Shown here: piece after piece, positions 16,679-25,703 of the stretch | Position numbering within the stretch: the first letter of the stretch is position 1 | Layout: every line of letters starts with the position of its first letter | Origin: an uncultured Bacilli bacterium | GTDB taxonomy: Bacteria > Bacillota_I > Bacilli_A > RF39 > UBA660 | DNA: 46,567 nucleotides | Assembly: GCA_944373065.1 (NCBI GenBank) | Contig: CALWAJ010000002.1 | Span: 1-46,567, forward strand | Direction of reading: 5' to 3' | The notes under the pieces: model-generated | The model's input: the letters and a program-made list of their open reading frames with translations, nothing else | Told to the model about the DNA's origin: nothing | Database searches by the model: none | Program-made: the position numbers and the translations under genes

Positions 16679-19369
16679 ATGAGATATATGACTAGTAATG
16701 AGATTAGAAAGATGTGGGTTAAGTACTTTGAAGAACATGGGCATAAATATGTTAAATCAGCTCCCTTAATCCCAATCAATGACGATTCACTTCTTTGGAT
16801 TAATGCTGGAGTTACCCCTTTAAAAAAATATTTTGATGGAAGTGTTACTCCTGAATCTAGAAGAATTGTAAATATTCAAAAATGTATTAGAACTAATGAT
16901 ATAGAAAATGTAGGTATTACTAAAAGACATCAGACTTTCTTTGAAATGATGGGTAACTTTTCTATTGGTGATTACTTTAAAGATGAAGCGATAGAATTTG
17001 CCTATGAACTTTTAACAAGTAAAGATTGGTTTGCTATTCCTAAAGAGAAGCTTTATGTAACAGTATATATCAATGATACTGATGCTTATAACAAATGGCT
17101 AGAAGTAGGTATGGATGAGTCACACATTATAAAACTAGAAGGAAACTTTTGGGAAATAGGAGAAGGTCCATGTGGTCCAGATAGTGAGATATTCTTTGAT
17201 CAAGGTGAAAAATTAGATCCTGATGGTACTGCTTGGGAAAAATTCATTAATGATGAAGACCAAGATCGCTATGTAGAAATTTGGAACAACGTTTTCAGTC
17301 AATATAATTCTAAACCTGGTGTTCCTCGTGAAAAATATAAAGAACTACCTCATAAAAATATTGATACTGGAGCAGGACTTGAAAGATGGGCATGTATTTT
17401 TCAAGGAGTTGACTCTAATTTTGAAACTGACCTTTTCAAACCTATTATTGAAAAAATAGAAGAACTAAGTGGAGTTTTATATAATGGTGAAACAGCCTTT
17501 AAAGTTATTGCCGACCATATGAAAGCTGTAACATTCGCTATTGCAGATGGTGCTAGTTTTGGCAATACAGGACGTGATTATGTCTTAAGAAGATTAGTAA
17601 GACGTAGTGTTAGATTTGGAAGAACTCTAGGTTTCAAAGAACCTTTCCTTTACAAACTAGTACCTACTATTGTCATGGTTATGGGAGATGCTTATCCTGA
17701 ACTTAAGACTAACTCTGGAGAAATAGCTGTTTATATTCTTGATGAAGAAAAATTATTCTTTAATACTCTAGAAGATGGAGAACGTCGTCTAAAAGAAATA
17801 ATGAAAGATGATAACGATAAAGTGATAAGCGGTTATGATGCTTTTAAACTATACGATACTTTTGGTTTTCCTTTTGAACTTACAGAAGAAATAGCTAAAG
17901 AAAATGGTTATACAGTGAATTTAGAAGAATTTAATGATTATATGAATAAACAAAAAGAACTAGCTAAGAAAAATGCTCGTACTAAAACTGCTATGGCTAG
18001 TCAAAAGAAAGTATTAATGGAATTTACTAAAAGCTCTACCTTTGTCTATGGTTTATATCGTCTAAAAAGCAGTGTTCTTGCAATTGTTTCTAAAGACAAG
18101 TTAGAAAAGACTCTAGATCATGATGGTTATATTATCTTAAAAAGAACATGTTTCTATTCAGAGTCTGGTGGTCAAGTATCAGATACAGGTATGATTGTTG
18201 GTAAAAGCTTTAAAGCAAGAGTTGTTGATGTCTTTAAAGGTCCTAATGGTCAACATATTCATAAAATTAAACTATTAGATGGTAAAATTACTGTTAACGA
18301 TGAAGTTGAAGTAATTATCGATAAACAAAGAAGAAAAGAAATAGAAGCTAATCACTCTAGTGTTCATATCTTACAATATGCACTACAACAAGTAGTTGAT
18401 AAAAATATTAGACAGGCAGGTAGTTATGTTGATGAATTCAAACTAAGATTTGACTTTACTTGTCCATCTAAAATAAGTGATGAAGAAATCGTTAAAACAG
18501 AAGAACTAGTTAATAAAATTATTAAAAAAGGTGTTATTACTTCTACAGAGACTATGCCAATTGACAAAGCTAAAGAACTTGGGGCTATGGCTTTATTTGG
18601 TGAAAAATATGGTGAGACTGTTAGAGTAGTTAAAATTGATAAGTCAATCGAACTATGTGGTGGTACACATGTTGCCAACACTAAAGACATTAAACGTTTC
18701 GCTATCTTTAATTTTGAATCTAAAGGAAGTAACACCTATAGAATAGAAGCAGTTACTAATGATAGATTAGAAAATACATTATTTGAAGTTATTAAGCCAT
18801 ATAACGATGAAATGGTTAAACTATTAATAAAAGCTAAAGAGATACTTGCTTTAGCAACTAAACAAGGTATTAAATTAGATTTTGATGTAGATATCGATAA
18901 TACTGCACCAACTTCTTATAAAGACATAGTCTTTAATCAAAATGAACTTAGTTATATTCAAAGCGAAGTTAAAACCTTAGAAAAAACATATAACAATGAA
19001 TTAGAAAAATTAACTCTTAATAACTTAGATATATACTTAGATAGAGTTAAAGAAATAAACGGTAAGAAATTCTTATACTTAGAACTAGATAATATTGCTA
19101 TGTTCTTAGTTAAAGCTATGGCTGATGATTTATGTAATAAATTTGATCATGTCTTAATCTTTATCGCTAATATAAAAGAAGATAACAGCGTTAACTTTAT
19201 CTGTCGAAGTTCTCTAGATGATATAAATGCCGGTCTTCTTGTTAAAAGTGCTACCACTTCTTATGAAGGAAATGGTGGTGGAAGTGCTACTTTTGCCCAA
19301 GGTGGTATTAAGAATAAAAAACATCTTAAAGAAATCAAAAAAGAAATTGAGGCTTTACTAAATGAATAA
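16679..19369 (+). CDS. alaS: alanine--tRNA ligase
   Basis: Class II AlaRS N-terminus (FFEMMGNFSIGDYFK), editing-domain HSSVHIL and CGGTHV motifs, and a C-terminal GNGGGSATFAQGG segment. AAGGAG SD lies 9 nt upstream of ATG 16679. Confidence 0.95.
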   Translation: MRYMTSNEIRKMWVKYFEEHGHKYVKSAPLIPINDDSLLWINAGVTPLKKYFDGSVTPESRRIVNIQKCIRTNDIENVGITKRHQTFFEMMGNFSIGDYFKDEAIEFAYELLTSKDWFAIPKEKLYVTVYINDTDAYNKWLEVGMDESHIIKLEGNFWEIGEGPCGPDSEIFFDQGEKLDPDGTAWEKFINDEDQDRYVEIWNNVFSQYNSKPGVPREKYKELPHKNIDTGAGLERWACIFQGVDSNFETDLFKPIIEKIEELSGVLYNGETAFKVIADHMKAVTFAIADGASFGNTGRDYVLRRLVRRSVRFGRTLGFKEPFLYKLVPTIVMVMGDAYPELKTNSGEIAVYILDEEKLFFNTLEDGERRLKEIMKDDNDKVISGYDAFKLYDTFGFPFELTEEIAKENGYTVNLEEFNDYMNKQKELAKKNARTKTAMASQKKVLMEFTKSSTFVYGLYRLKSSVLAIVSKDKLEKTLDHDGYIILKRTCFYSESGGQVSDTGMIVGKSFKARVVDVFKGPNGQHIHKIKLLDGKITVNDEVEVIIDKQRRKEIEANHSSVHILQYALQQVVDKNIRQAGSYVDEFKLRFDFTCPSKISDEEIVKTEELVNKIIKKGVITSTETMPIDKAKELGAMALFGEKYGETVRVVKIDKSIELCGGTHVANTKDIKRFAIFNFESKGSNTYRIEAVTNDRLENTLFEVIKPYNDEMVKLLIKAKEILALATKQGIKLDFDVDIDNTAPTSYKDIVFNQNELSYIQSEVKTLEKTYNNELEKLTLNNLDIYLDRVKEINGKKFLYLELDNIAMFLVKAMADDLCNKFDHVLIFIANIKEDNSVNFICRSSLDDINAGLLVKSATTSYEGNGGGSATFAQGGIKNKKHLKEIKKEIEALLNE

Positions 19370-20273
19370 CTACATCTTAATAAGTGATAGTAAAACCTTA
19401 ATAGATAAAAAAATAGAGGAACTTATTAATAACGGCTTTAAAGATGCCATAGTTACTCATTATGACTTAGAAGAGAATAGTATCAACTCCTTAATAGAAG
19501 ATGCTGATACTATTTCTTTTCTTTCCCCTAATAAAGTAATTATAGGAGATAATTTCAATACTAATAATAGCTTAGATTCACTATTAAAATATCTAGATAA
19601 TCCTAATAATGACGTTCTCTTAATTTTAACTACCAAAAAATTAGATGAAAGAAAAAAAGAAATAAAAACACTTATGAAAAAATCTAATTATCTAAAATTA
19701 GAAGTTAGTCCTAAAAATATCTTAGATATGGAATTTAATGGCTATAAAGTAGATTTTAAAATTCTTAGACTCTTAGAAGAATATTATAAAAGTGATAATG
19801 AAAGACTAATAAGTGAATGTCAAAAATTAAAATTAGCATTCCTAGAAAGTAAGAATATTACTTATAAAGAAGCAAAAGAACTATTAGTTAAGCCTCTTAA
19901 TGATCAAGACAATCTTTCCTTTTCTTTAGTTAGAAATATTGCTATTAAAGATAAGAAAAATGCACTCTTAAATTATCAAGAACTTCTAAATTATAATATT
20001 GAATTTTTTACTATTATGGGGCTTTTAGAAAGTCAGTACCGTTTATTATATCAAGTAATGATTTTATCTAAACAAAATATCTCTTATAATGATATGGCTA
20101 AAATATTAGATGTTCATCCTTTTAGAGTTAAGAAAACTTTAGAATTACTTAGTTATTATACTAAAAAAGAGCTAACTAAAATCATTAAAAATTTAGCATC
20201 GCTTGACTATAAAGTTAAAAGTGGAGAAATGGATAAAGATTTAATAATAGACTTGTTAATTTTAAATAATTGA
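19362..20273 (+). CDS. holA: DNA polymerase III delta subunit
   Basis: KLDERKK and VHPFRVKK...LDYKVKSGEMDKDL segments follow the Bacillus HolA (YqeN) pattern. Overlaps the alaS stop by 8 nt. Confidence 0.85.
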   Translation: MNNYILISDSKTLIDKKIEELINNGFKDAIVTHYDLEENSINSLIEDADTISFLSPNKVIIGDNFNTNNSLDSLLKYLDNPNNDVLLILTTKKLDERKKEIKTLMKKSNYLKLEVSPKNILDMEFNGYKVDFKILRLLEEYYKSDNERLISECQKLKLAFLESKNITYKEAKELLVKPLNDQDNLSFSLVRNIAIKDKKNALLNYQELLNYNIEFFTIMGLLESQYRLLYQVMILSKQNISYNDMAKILDVHPFRVKKTLELLSYYTKKELTKIIKNLASLDYKVKSGEMDKDLIIDLLILNN

Positions 20274-20289
20274 CTAAAGTCTATTTTTT

Positions 20290-20298
20290 TGGTATAAT
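20290..20298 (+). promoter_or_regulatory. TG-extended -10 box (tggtataat)
   Basis: Located 28 nt upstream of ATG 20326 and followed by an AGAGGGGG SD. Confidence 0.5.
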
Positions 20299-20325
20299 AC
20301 GGCTACTTACAGAGGGGGTATTTAT

Positions 20326-21597
20326 ATGAAATGCGATTTAAGTTTTGATCAAATAATATTATTGCTAGAACAAGCTACTACTAAGGAAGAATTATTATTA
20401 ATTAAGTGGAAATATAATAGATATTTATCATCAGCACACAAATCTATAGAATTTCAAGAAAAGTTTAATAAGTACTTTGATATGCTTGCTTTAAAAGAAG
20501 CGAAAAATAATAAGAAGGATATTGTCTTAAGTTTAGTTAAAACCTATAAAATTAATGGTGATATATATAAAGAAGCCTTAAATAAAGCTGAAGAATATAA
20601 TATTGGTATTTACAATATTCTAGATTTATTAAACTTACTATTTAAAAGTAAAAACTTTACTAGCAAAGAATTATATATAATAAGCAATATAAAACAAGAA
20701 ATAGAACATAAATTAATTATTTCCCGTAATTTAAAAGAAATGGATACAGACTATGTTATTGCTAAAACAATTTTAAACATGTTCTTATCTTATGGAGTTA
20801 TAGAGTTAAAAGAATTTAGAAGCAAAACTAACTGTACAACTTCTGCTTTTGATAATGCTTTAAATATATTAAATAATAGAAATCATCCTTTATATTTGCA
20901 ATACATCGATATAAAAGAAAAGAAGTTTAAAGAAAAAGTTGCTTTTAGAAGAGAAATAAAAGAAGATGCCTTTCAAGCAGAAAGAAGAAAAATGATTGAA
21001 AAAATAACATCTGCTAATGGAAAAGAAATATGTGAAATATTGTCAGATATCAATAAGTATCATAATGAATATGCTATTTTTTGTGAAGTGTATGACTTAA
21101 ATAAATTCTTCTTAACAAAACTAATAAGAAGATTTCCTAAAACTATTTTAGAACTTACTAGTGATTTAAGTAATCTAAAAAATGTTTATAACGAATATAA
21201 AGCTAGATATTTATTATTGATTGATAAAGTAATAGAAGAAATAAACGAAGCTAAACTAACTGGAGTGCCTTTTGATTTATATCATTATTATTTAGAAAAC
21301 AGCATTCCAATTGAAGAATTAGAGTATATTGCCAAAGAATTAAAAGAGCAAGATAAAGATATAATTCAACAATATATAATGAGTAACTATAAGCTGTTAA
21401 AAGGTTATGGTAAAAAAGAAATAGACATTGTAAGAGATAGAAAAATACTTACTTGTGATAACGCAACGATAAATTTCACAAGAGAAGAACTTGATAATGC
21501 TTTAGAAGATATTGAAACTAATAATTTACCTTTATATAAAGGAATTCTATATGGAGCTATAAAAGAACAAAAAAGTAAAACTAAAAGAAAGGCTTAA
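20326..21597 (+). CDS. hypothetical protein (423 aa); C-terminal domain shared with the product of 39362..41110
   Basis: Long ORF with a strong SD and helical-looking composition. The C-terminal ~110 aa (VPFDLYHYYL ... NNLPLYKGILYGAI) is colinear with RPFEILDYFL ... NNIPLYTKVYKQAL of the 582-aa protein. Confidence 0.7.
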   Translation: MKCDLSFDQIILLLEQATTKEELLLIKWKYNRYLSSAHKSIEFQEKFNKYFDMLALKEAKNNKKDIVLSLVKTYKINGDIYKEALNKAEEYNIGIYNILDLLNLLFKSKNFTSKELYIISNIKQEIEHKLIISRNLKEMDTDYVIAKTILNMFLSYGVIELKEFRSKTNCTTSAFDNALNILNNRNHPLYLQYIDIKEKKFKEKVAFRREIKEDAFQAERRKMIEKITSANGKEICEILSDINKYHNEYAIFCEVYDLNKFFLTKLIRRFPKTILELTSDLSNLKNVYNEYKARYLLLIDKVIEEINEAKLTGVPFDLYHYYLENSIPIEELEYIAKELKEQDKDIIQQYIMSNYKLLKGYGKKEIDIVRDRKILTCDNATINFTREELDNALEDIETNNLPLYKGILYGAIKEQKSKTKRKA

Positions 21598-21602
21598 GAA
21601 TA

Positions 21603-22949
21603 ATGCATGATTTCGTTAATGAATTAAATAAAATAATGGCTATTAGAAGTATTATTATAGATAAATCTAAGAAAAATATGTCTTTAAAAGAAGCTATATA
21701 TTTTTCTTTAGAATATCAAAAACACATATATAGTGATGTTGCTTCAAAATTATATGAAATAGAAGAGGCTATGTTTGAAAATCATGATAATGGTAATTTG
21801 TTTATCAATGATAATGGCGGTTTTGATTTAGAATATAGAAATGCTGAAAACGATATTATAAAAATAAAATTTTGTATAACAGGACACGATGGTGAAAAAG
21901 CCGAAGTAATGATTATTTGTCCTGAAAACGGAAAAGAATTAATAAATAGAATTAAATTTTATGCTAATATGTATTATAAAGATTTCATGAAAATAGAAGA
22001 AACAAATAATGAAAATAAAAATATAACGTTCTTTGATAAAAACTATGATACCTTACAATTTCCCTTCATAACAAAAAAAGAAAACGATAATTACAATTTT
22101 AAAGTTAATTTAGAAATACATGATAATATATTAATTTTTAAAGCTCAAATTATAAATAAAGAAGATGATATTAGCTGTATTACAATTAAATATGATAATG
22201 TCAAAATGAATTATTTTGAATGTACTTATCAATATTCCTATATTTTCGATGGTAAAATATGGACGCAATCTCTAAATCAAGAAGAAATAAGCTATATTCT
22301 AAATAACTTATATATTCCTACTAATTATTTTGAAAATTATATATTAAGTTATATGGGTGAAAGAGCTAGAATTAGGAAAAACTATATAGAAAGAAAAGAA
22401 GAACCCGAAATTGCTGAAATTAGTGATTTAAGGAAATCTATAATTAGCGAAAAAATAAATAAGAATAAAGAATTAATAGATGAATTAATAAAAGAAAATC
22501 AAGAATTAGCTGAACAATTAAAAATTAAAATGCCTATTTTAAGGGAAGAGTTATTAGATGAAATAAATGATAATTATTATATTATTAAAGATAAATATAA
22601 AAATGTCTTAAGTGATTATGATTTATCTAAAATATCATTTGATAACGTAGATATAAGAGGAATAGACTTTAGAGGAACAAATATTAATAGTAGTTTATTT
22701 GATTTACAAAAAGTTCATAATAAATATGCCTCAGACTGTAACTTTTCAACAGATGAAGATAATGTTAAAGATTATATTTTTGGCTATGATACAGATTTTA
22801 CTGGTGTAAATTTAAGTGGAACAGATATGAATAATCCATATCCTATTCTTTTAAATTCTACTATTAATAAAGCCTATATTGATGAATTTACAATTTTACC
22901 TGGATTCTATCAAGATAAAGTTAAAAAGAAAACTTTGTTTATGTCTTAA
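21603..22949 (+). CDS. pentapeptide-repeat protein, paralog 1 (divergent N-domain + coiled coil + pentapeptide C-domain)
   Basis: C-terminus DLSKISFDNVDIRGIDFRGTNINSSLFDL ... DFTGVNLSGTDMNN has the pentapeptide periodicity. It is preceded by a heptad-like NKELIDELIKENQELAEQLK segment. Confidence 0.75.
   Translation: MHDFVNELNKIMAIRSIIIDKSKKNMSLKEAIYFSLEYQKHIYSDVASKLYEIEEAMFENHDNGNLFINDNGGFDLEYRNAENDIIKIKFCITGHDGEKAEVMIICPENGKELINRIKFYANMYYKDFMKIEETNNENKNITFFDKNYDTLQFPFITKKENDNYNFKVNLEIHDNILIFKAQIINKEDDISCITIKYDNVKMNYFECTYQYSYIFDGKIWTQSLNQEEISYILNNLYIPTNYFENYILSYMGERARIRKNYIERKEEPEIAEISDLRKSIISEKINKNKELIDELIKENQELAEQLKIKMPILREELLDEINDNYYIIKDKYKNVLSDYDLSKISFDNVDIRGIDFRGTNINSSLFDLQKVHNKYASDCNFSTDEDNVKDYIFGYDTDFTGVNLSGTDMNNPYPILLNSTINKAYIDEFTILPGFYQDKVKKKTLFMS
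22617..22931 (+). repeat. Near-identical 315-bp block, copy 1 (3' end of paralog 1)
   Basis: By-eye alignment with 24154-24468 shows about 14 mismatches and no indels. Identity falls sharply upstream of the block. Confidence 0.85.
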
Positions 22950-22995
22950 GTAGATTACCCTACATTATATTTATTATTGCAATTATATATTTTTT

Positions 22996-23004
22996 TGATA
23001 TAAT
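22996..23004 (+). promoter_or_regulatory. TG-extended -10 box (tgatataat) with possible TTGCAA -35
   Basis: tgatataat at 22996-23004; TTGCAA at 22977-22982 with a 16-nt spacer. Confidence 0.5.
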
Positions 23005-23028
23005 AAACCATACTGGCAGGTGGCAGGA

Positions 23029-24480
23029 ATGGAAAATAATTATTTAAAAAAAACATTAAGGGAATTAAAAAAAACAATTTTAAAAGAAAAAGCCTTTAGA
23101 GATTTCTTTAATTTTGAAGATAAAATTAATTTAATTAAATTAAACGATCTTTATAGTAATTGTTTATATAGTATTTCTAAAGATATATTAGATGAAAAGA
23201 AAGTTTTAGAAAAAGAATTAAGTACATTAAATAACAAGAAAATCAGTATAGATTTTTCTTGTTATGTTCAACATTACGTTTCTGGAAATAAAGAATTAGA
23301 AATTAACTTAAACTACCAAAAAGATTATTTTTGCAATTTAACGGTAAGCGACTCTTCTCCTATAGCATTTGAAATTTATGATGATAAAGAAAAAAAATAT
23401 TATATTACCTGGTCTCCTGACTATGAATCTAGAATTAAGGATATAGATGAAGAAATTCATAGAAAAATAGTTAATTTAGGAGTTAAAATTAAATTTTTTC
23501 TCGACAGCACAGAAGAATTTACATATTATTACGTTACAAAACATATAGATGATAATATTGACTATAATATTAAGATTAAATTTCAGCACTATATACTAAC
23601 AGATGAAAATAAAAAAATTGAATATTTTAATAAATATATGATTAAAATAAAATTTTTTAATATAAAACATGAAGATGCATTTTCAAAAAAAGAACCATTG
23701 TTAAGATTTAATGAAGAGAGTATTATTTTAGAATTTGATATAGAAAAAAATTATTTAACAGGAAAGTATATCTATTCTAAAAACGGATCTGGAAGTATAT
23801 ATGGACATATAGATGAAAAAATTGAAATTAAAAATATGGACATACTCTATAGCCTATTACATTTAATAAAAATACCAAAAAAAGATTTACCTAATATACT
23901 TTTAGAGCAATCAGAAAGTAGTTTAATAGAAGAAATGACTTCTGAAGAAGATAATTTGGAAAATCAATTAATTGAAAAAGAAATAGAAGAAAACAATAAA
24001 AAGATTGAAGAACTTTTTTCTAAGAACAAAGAATTAATGGAAAAATTACATAGACGTTTACCAATTTTATCTACACAATTATTTAAAGAAGTAGAAAAAA
24101 ATGGTGAAAAATATTATATTATAAATTATGAATATAAATATATCTTACGAAACTATGATTTATCTAAAATATCGTTTGATAACGTAGATATAAGAGGAAT
24201 AGATTTTAGAGGGACAAATATTAATAGTAGTTTATTTGATTTACAAAAAGTTCATAATAAAGATGCTTCAAACTGTAACTTTTCAACAGATGAAGATAAT
24301 GCTAAAGATTATATTTTTGGCTATGATACAGATTTTACTGGTGTAAATTTAAGCGGAACAGATATGAGTAATCCATATCCTATTCTTTTAAACTCTACTA
24401 TTAATAAAGCATATATTGATGAATTTACAATTTTACCAGAATTTTATCAAGATAAAGTTAAAAAGAAATCTCTATGGTAA
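23029..24480 (+). CDS. pentapeptide-repeat protein, paralog 2
   Basis: Same architecture as 21603..22949. Start set to ATG 23029, 7 nt after AGGTGG. The C-terminal ~105 aa are nearly identical to paralog 1. Confidence 0.75.
   Translation: MENNYLKKTLRELKKTILKEKAFRDFFNFEDKINLIKLNDLYSNCLYSISKDILDEKKVLEKELSTLNNKKISIDFSCYVQHYVSGNKELEINLNYQKDYFCNLTVSDSSPIAFEIYDDKEKKYYITWSPDYESRIKDIDEEIHRKIVNLGVKIKFFLDSTEEFTYYYVTKHIDDNIDYNIKIKFQHYILTDENKKIEYFNKYMIKIKFFNIKHEDAFSKKEPLLRFNEESIILEFDIEKNYLTGKYIYSKNGSGSIYGHIDEKIEIKNMDILYSLLHLIKIPKKDLPNILLEQSESSLIEEMTSEEDNLENQLIEKEIEENNKKIEELFSKNKELMEKLHRRLPILSTQLFKEVEKNGEKYYIINYEYKYILRNYDLSKISFDNVDIRGIDFRGTNINSSLFDLQKVHNKDASNCNFSTDEDNAKDYIFGYDTDFTGVNLSGTDMSNPYPILLNSTINKAYIDEFTILPEFYQDKVKKKSLW
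24154..24468 (+). repeat. Near-identical 315-bp block, copy 2 (3' end of paralog 2)
   Basis: Partner of 22617-22931. Confidence 0.85.
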
Positions 24481-24493
24481 ACTTTAATATATT

Positions 24494-24502
24494 TGATATA
24501 AT
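24494..24502 (+). promoter_or_regulatory. TG-extended -10 box (tgatataat)
   Basis: Same nonamer as at 22996-23004. Lies 14 nt after the stop of paralog 2 and 22 nt before ATG 24524. Confidence 0.45.
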
Positions 24503-24523
24503 ATATTAAAGAGGATGATAACA

Positions 24524-24811
24524 ATGAATAATAAAGTGATTAAAACAAGCCAAGGAACTTTTCCAATATCCGTTTTAGAAAAAGATATGTATGATGTGAA
24601 TCTTCCAGAATATCTTGATAACGATATAAAAGCTTTACTAAAAGGCATTAAAGAAGATAGTAATCTACTAGATTGTTTAATGTATGAAGTGTATAGTTCG
24701 ATAAATATTGCTTATTTTGAAAATGAAATTAGTGAAAAACATGCTAATCATCTAAGAGAAAAGTATTTATTAATGAGCTGTAAAGTAAGAGGTGACAAAG
24801 ATGCTAAATAA
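24524..24811 (+). CDS. hypothetical 95-aa protein, overlapping partner of the HipA-type kinase gene
   Basis: Start set to ATG 24524, 9 nt after AAAGAGG. The stop TAA 24809-24811 overlaps the kinase start by 11 nt. No HTH or other motif recognised. Confidence 0.6.
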   Translation: MNNKVIKTSQGTFPISVLEKDMYDVNLPEYLDNDIKALLKGIKEDSNLLDCLMYEVYSSINIAYFENEISEKHANHLREKYLLMSCKVRGDKDAK

Positions 24812-25703
24812 TTTTAATAATTACAAAATAAATAAATTTAAATATTATGATGGTAGAAACGGTAATAAAATCTGCCTTGAAGATGAGTTTGGAACAAAAT
24901 ATATGTTAAAAACACCTCCAGTAAAAAATGAAAAAGATGAAAATAAATATTATACTAATGGTTGTATTTCTGAACATATAGGATGTCTAATATATAAATC
25001 ATTAGGATTTAAAACTCAAGAAACTAAATTGGGTCTTTATAACATCAACGGAAAAAATAAATTATGTGTTTTATGTAAAGATTTTGAAATAAATAATAAA
25101 AAACTCTTTAAATTTGCTGAAATTAAAAATAGTATAATCTCATCAAGTGAAAACGGCTTTGGAGTAGAATTATCTAGTGTATTAGAAGCTATAGAAGAAC
25201 AAAGTAATATTGATCCTATAAAATTAAAAGAATTTTATTTTGATATGTTCATTGTTGATGCTTTTCTTGGAAATTTTGACCGCCATAATGGTAATTGGGG
25301 ATTATTATTAGATGATATTAATAAAACTAGTGAAATCGCTCCTATTTATGATTGTGGCAGTTGTCTATATCCAGCACTTGATGATGAAAAGATAAAAGAA
25401 ATTCTAAGCAATCCTGAAGAAATTGAAGCAAGGATTTATATTTTTCCTAATTCGATTTTAAAAATTAATGGTCAAAAAATCAATTATTTTGAATATATCA
25501 GCTCTCTTAAAAATAAAGACTGTAATGAAGCGTTAAAAAGAATTGGTAGAAAGATAAACTTAGATAAAATTAATAAAATTATTGATGGAATAGAAGAAAT
25601 ATCTGATATAAGAAAAGAATTTTATAAAACTATACTAAATTTACGCAAAGAAAAAATTATAGATTATTCACTAAATTTATTATCTGAAAAAGAAGAATTT
25701 TAA
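24801..25703 (+). CDS. HipA_C-type Ser/Thr kinase lacking the HipA N-terminal domain
   Basis: Catalytic loop FLGNFDRHNGNWG and Mg-binding-like APIYDCGS match the HipA C-terminal kinase core. ATP-site-like GTKYMLK lies near the N-terminus. At 300 aa it is much shorter than the ~440 aa of canonical HipA. ATG 24801 lies 9 nt after AAGAGG. Confidence 0.75.
   Translation: MLNNFNNYKINKFKYYDGRNGNKICLEDEFGTKYMLKTPPVKNEKDENKYYTNGCISEHIGCLIYKSLGFKTQETKLGLYNINGKNKLCVLCKDFEINNKKLFKFAEIKNSIISSSENGFGVELSSVLEAIEEQSNIDPIKLKEFYFDMFIVDAFLGNFDRHNGNWGLLLDDINKTSEIAPIYDCGSCLYPALDDEKIKEILSNPEEIEARIYIFPNSILKINGQKINYFEYISSLKNKDCNEALKRIGRKINLDKINKIIDGIEEISDIRKEFYKTILNLRKEKIIDYSLNLLSEKEEF

Noticed and set aside
16553-16744. 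63-codon minus-strand ORF across the alaS leader and start.
   Set aside because: It runs through the two palindromes and the alaS start and has no SD. The region is better explained as the alaS regulatory leader.
24524-24811. Calling the 95-aa protein a HipS or HipB homologue.
   Set aside because: I can see no HTH motif and no similarity to the HipA N-terminal subdomain. Only the gene order and size are analogous.
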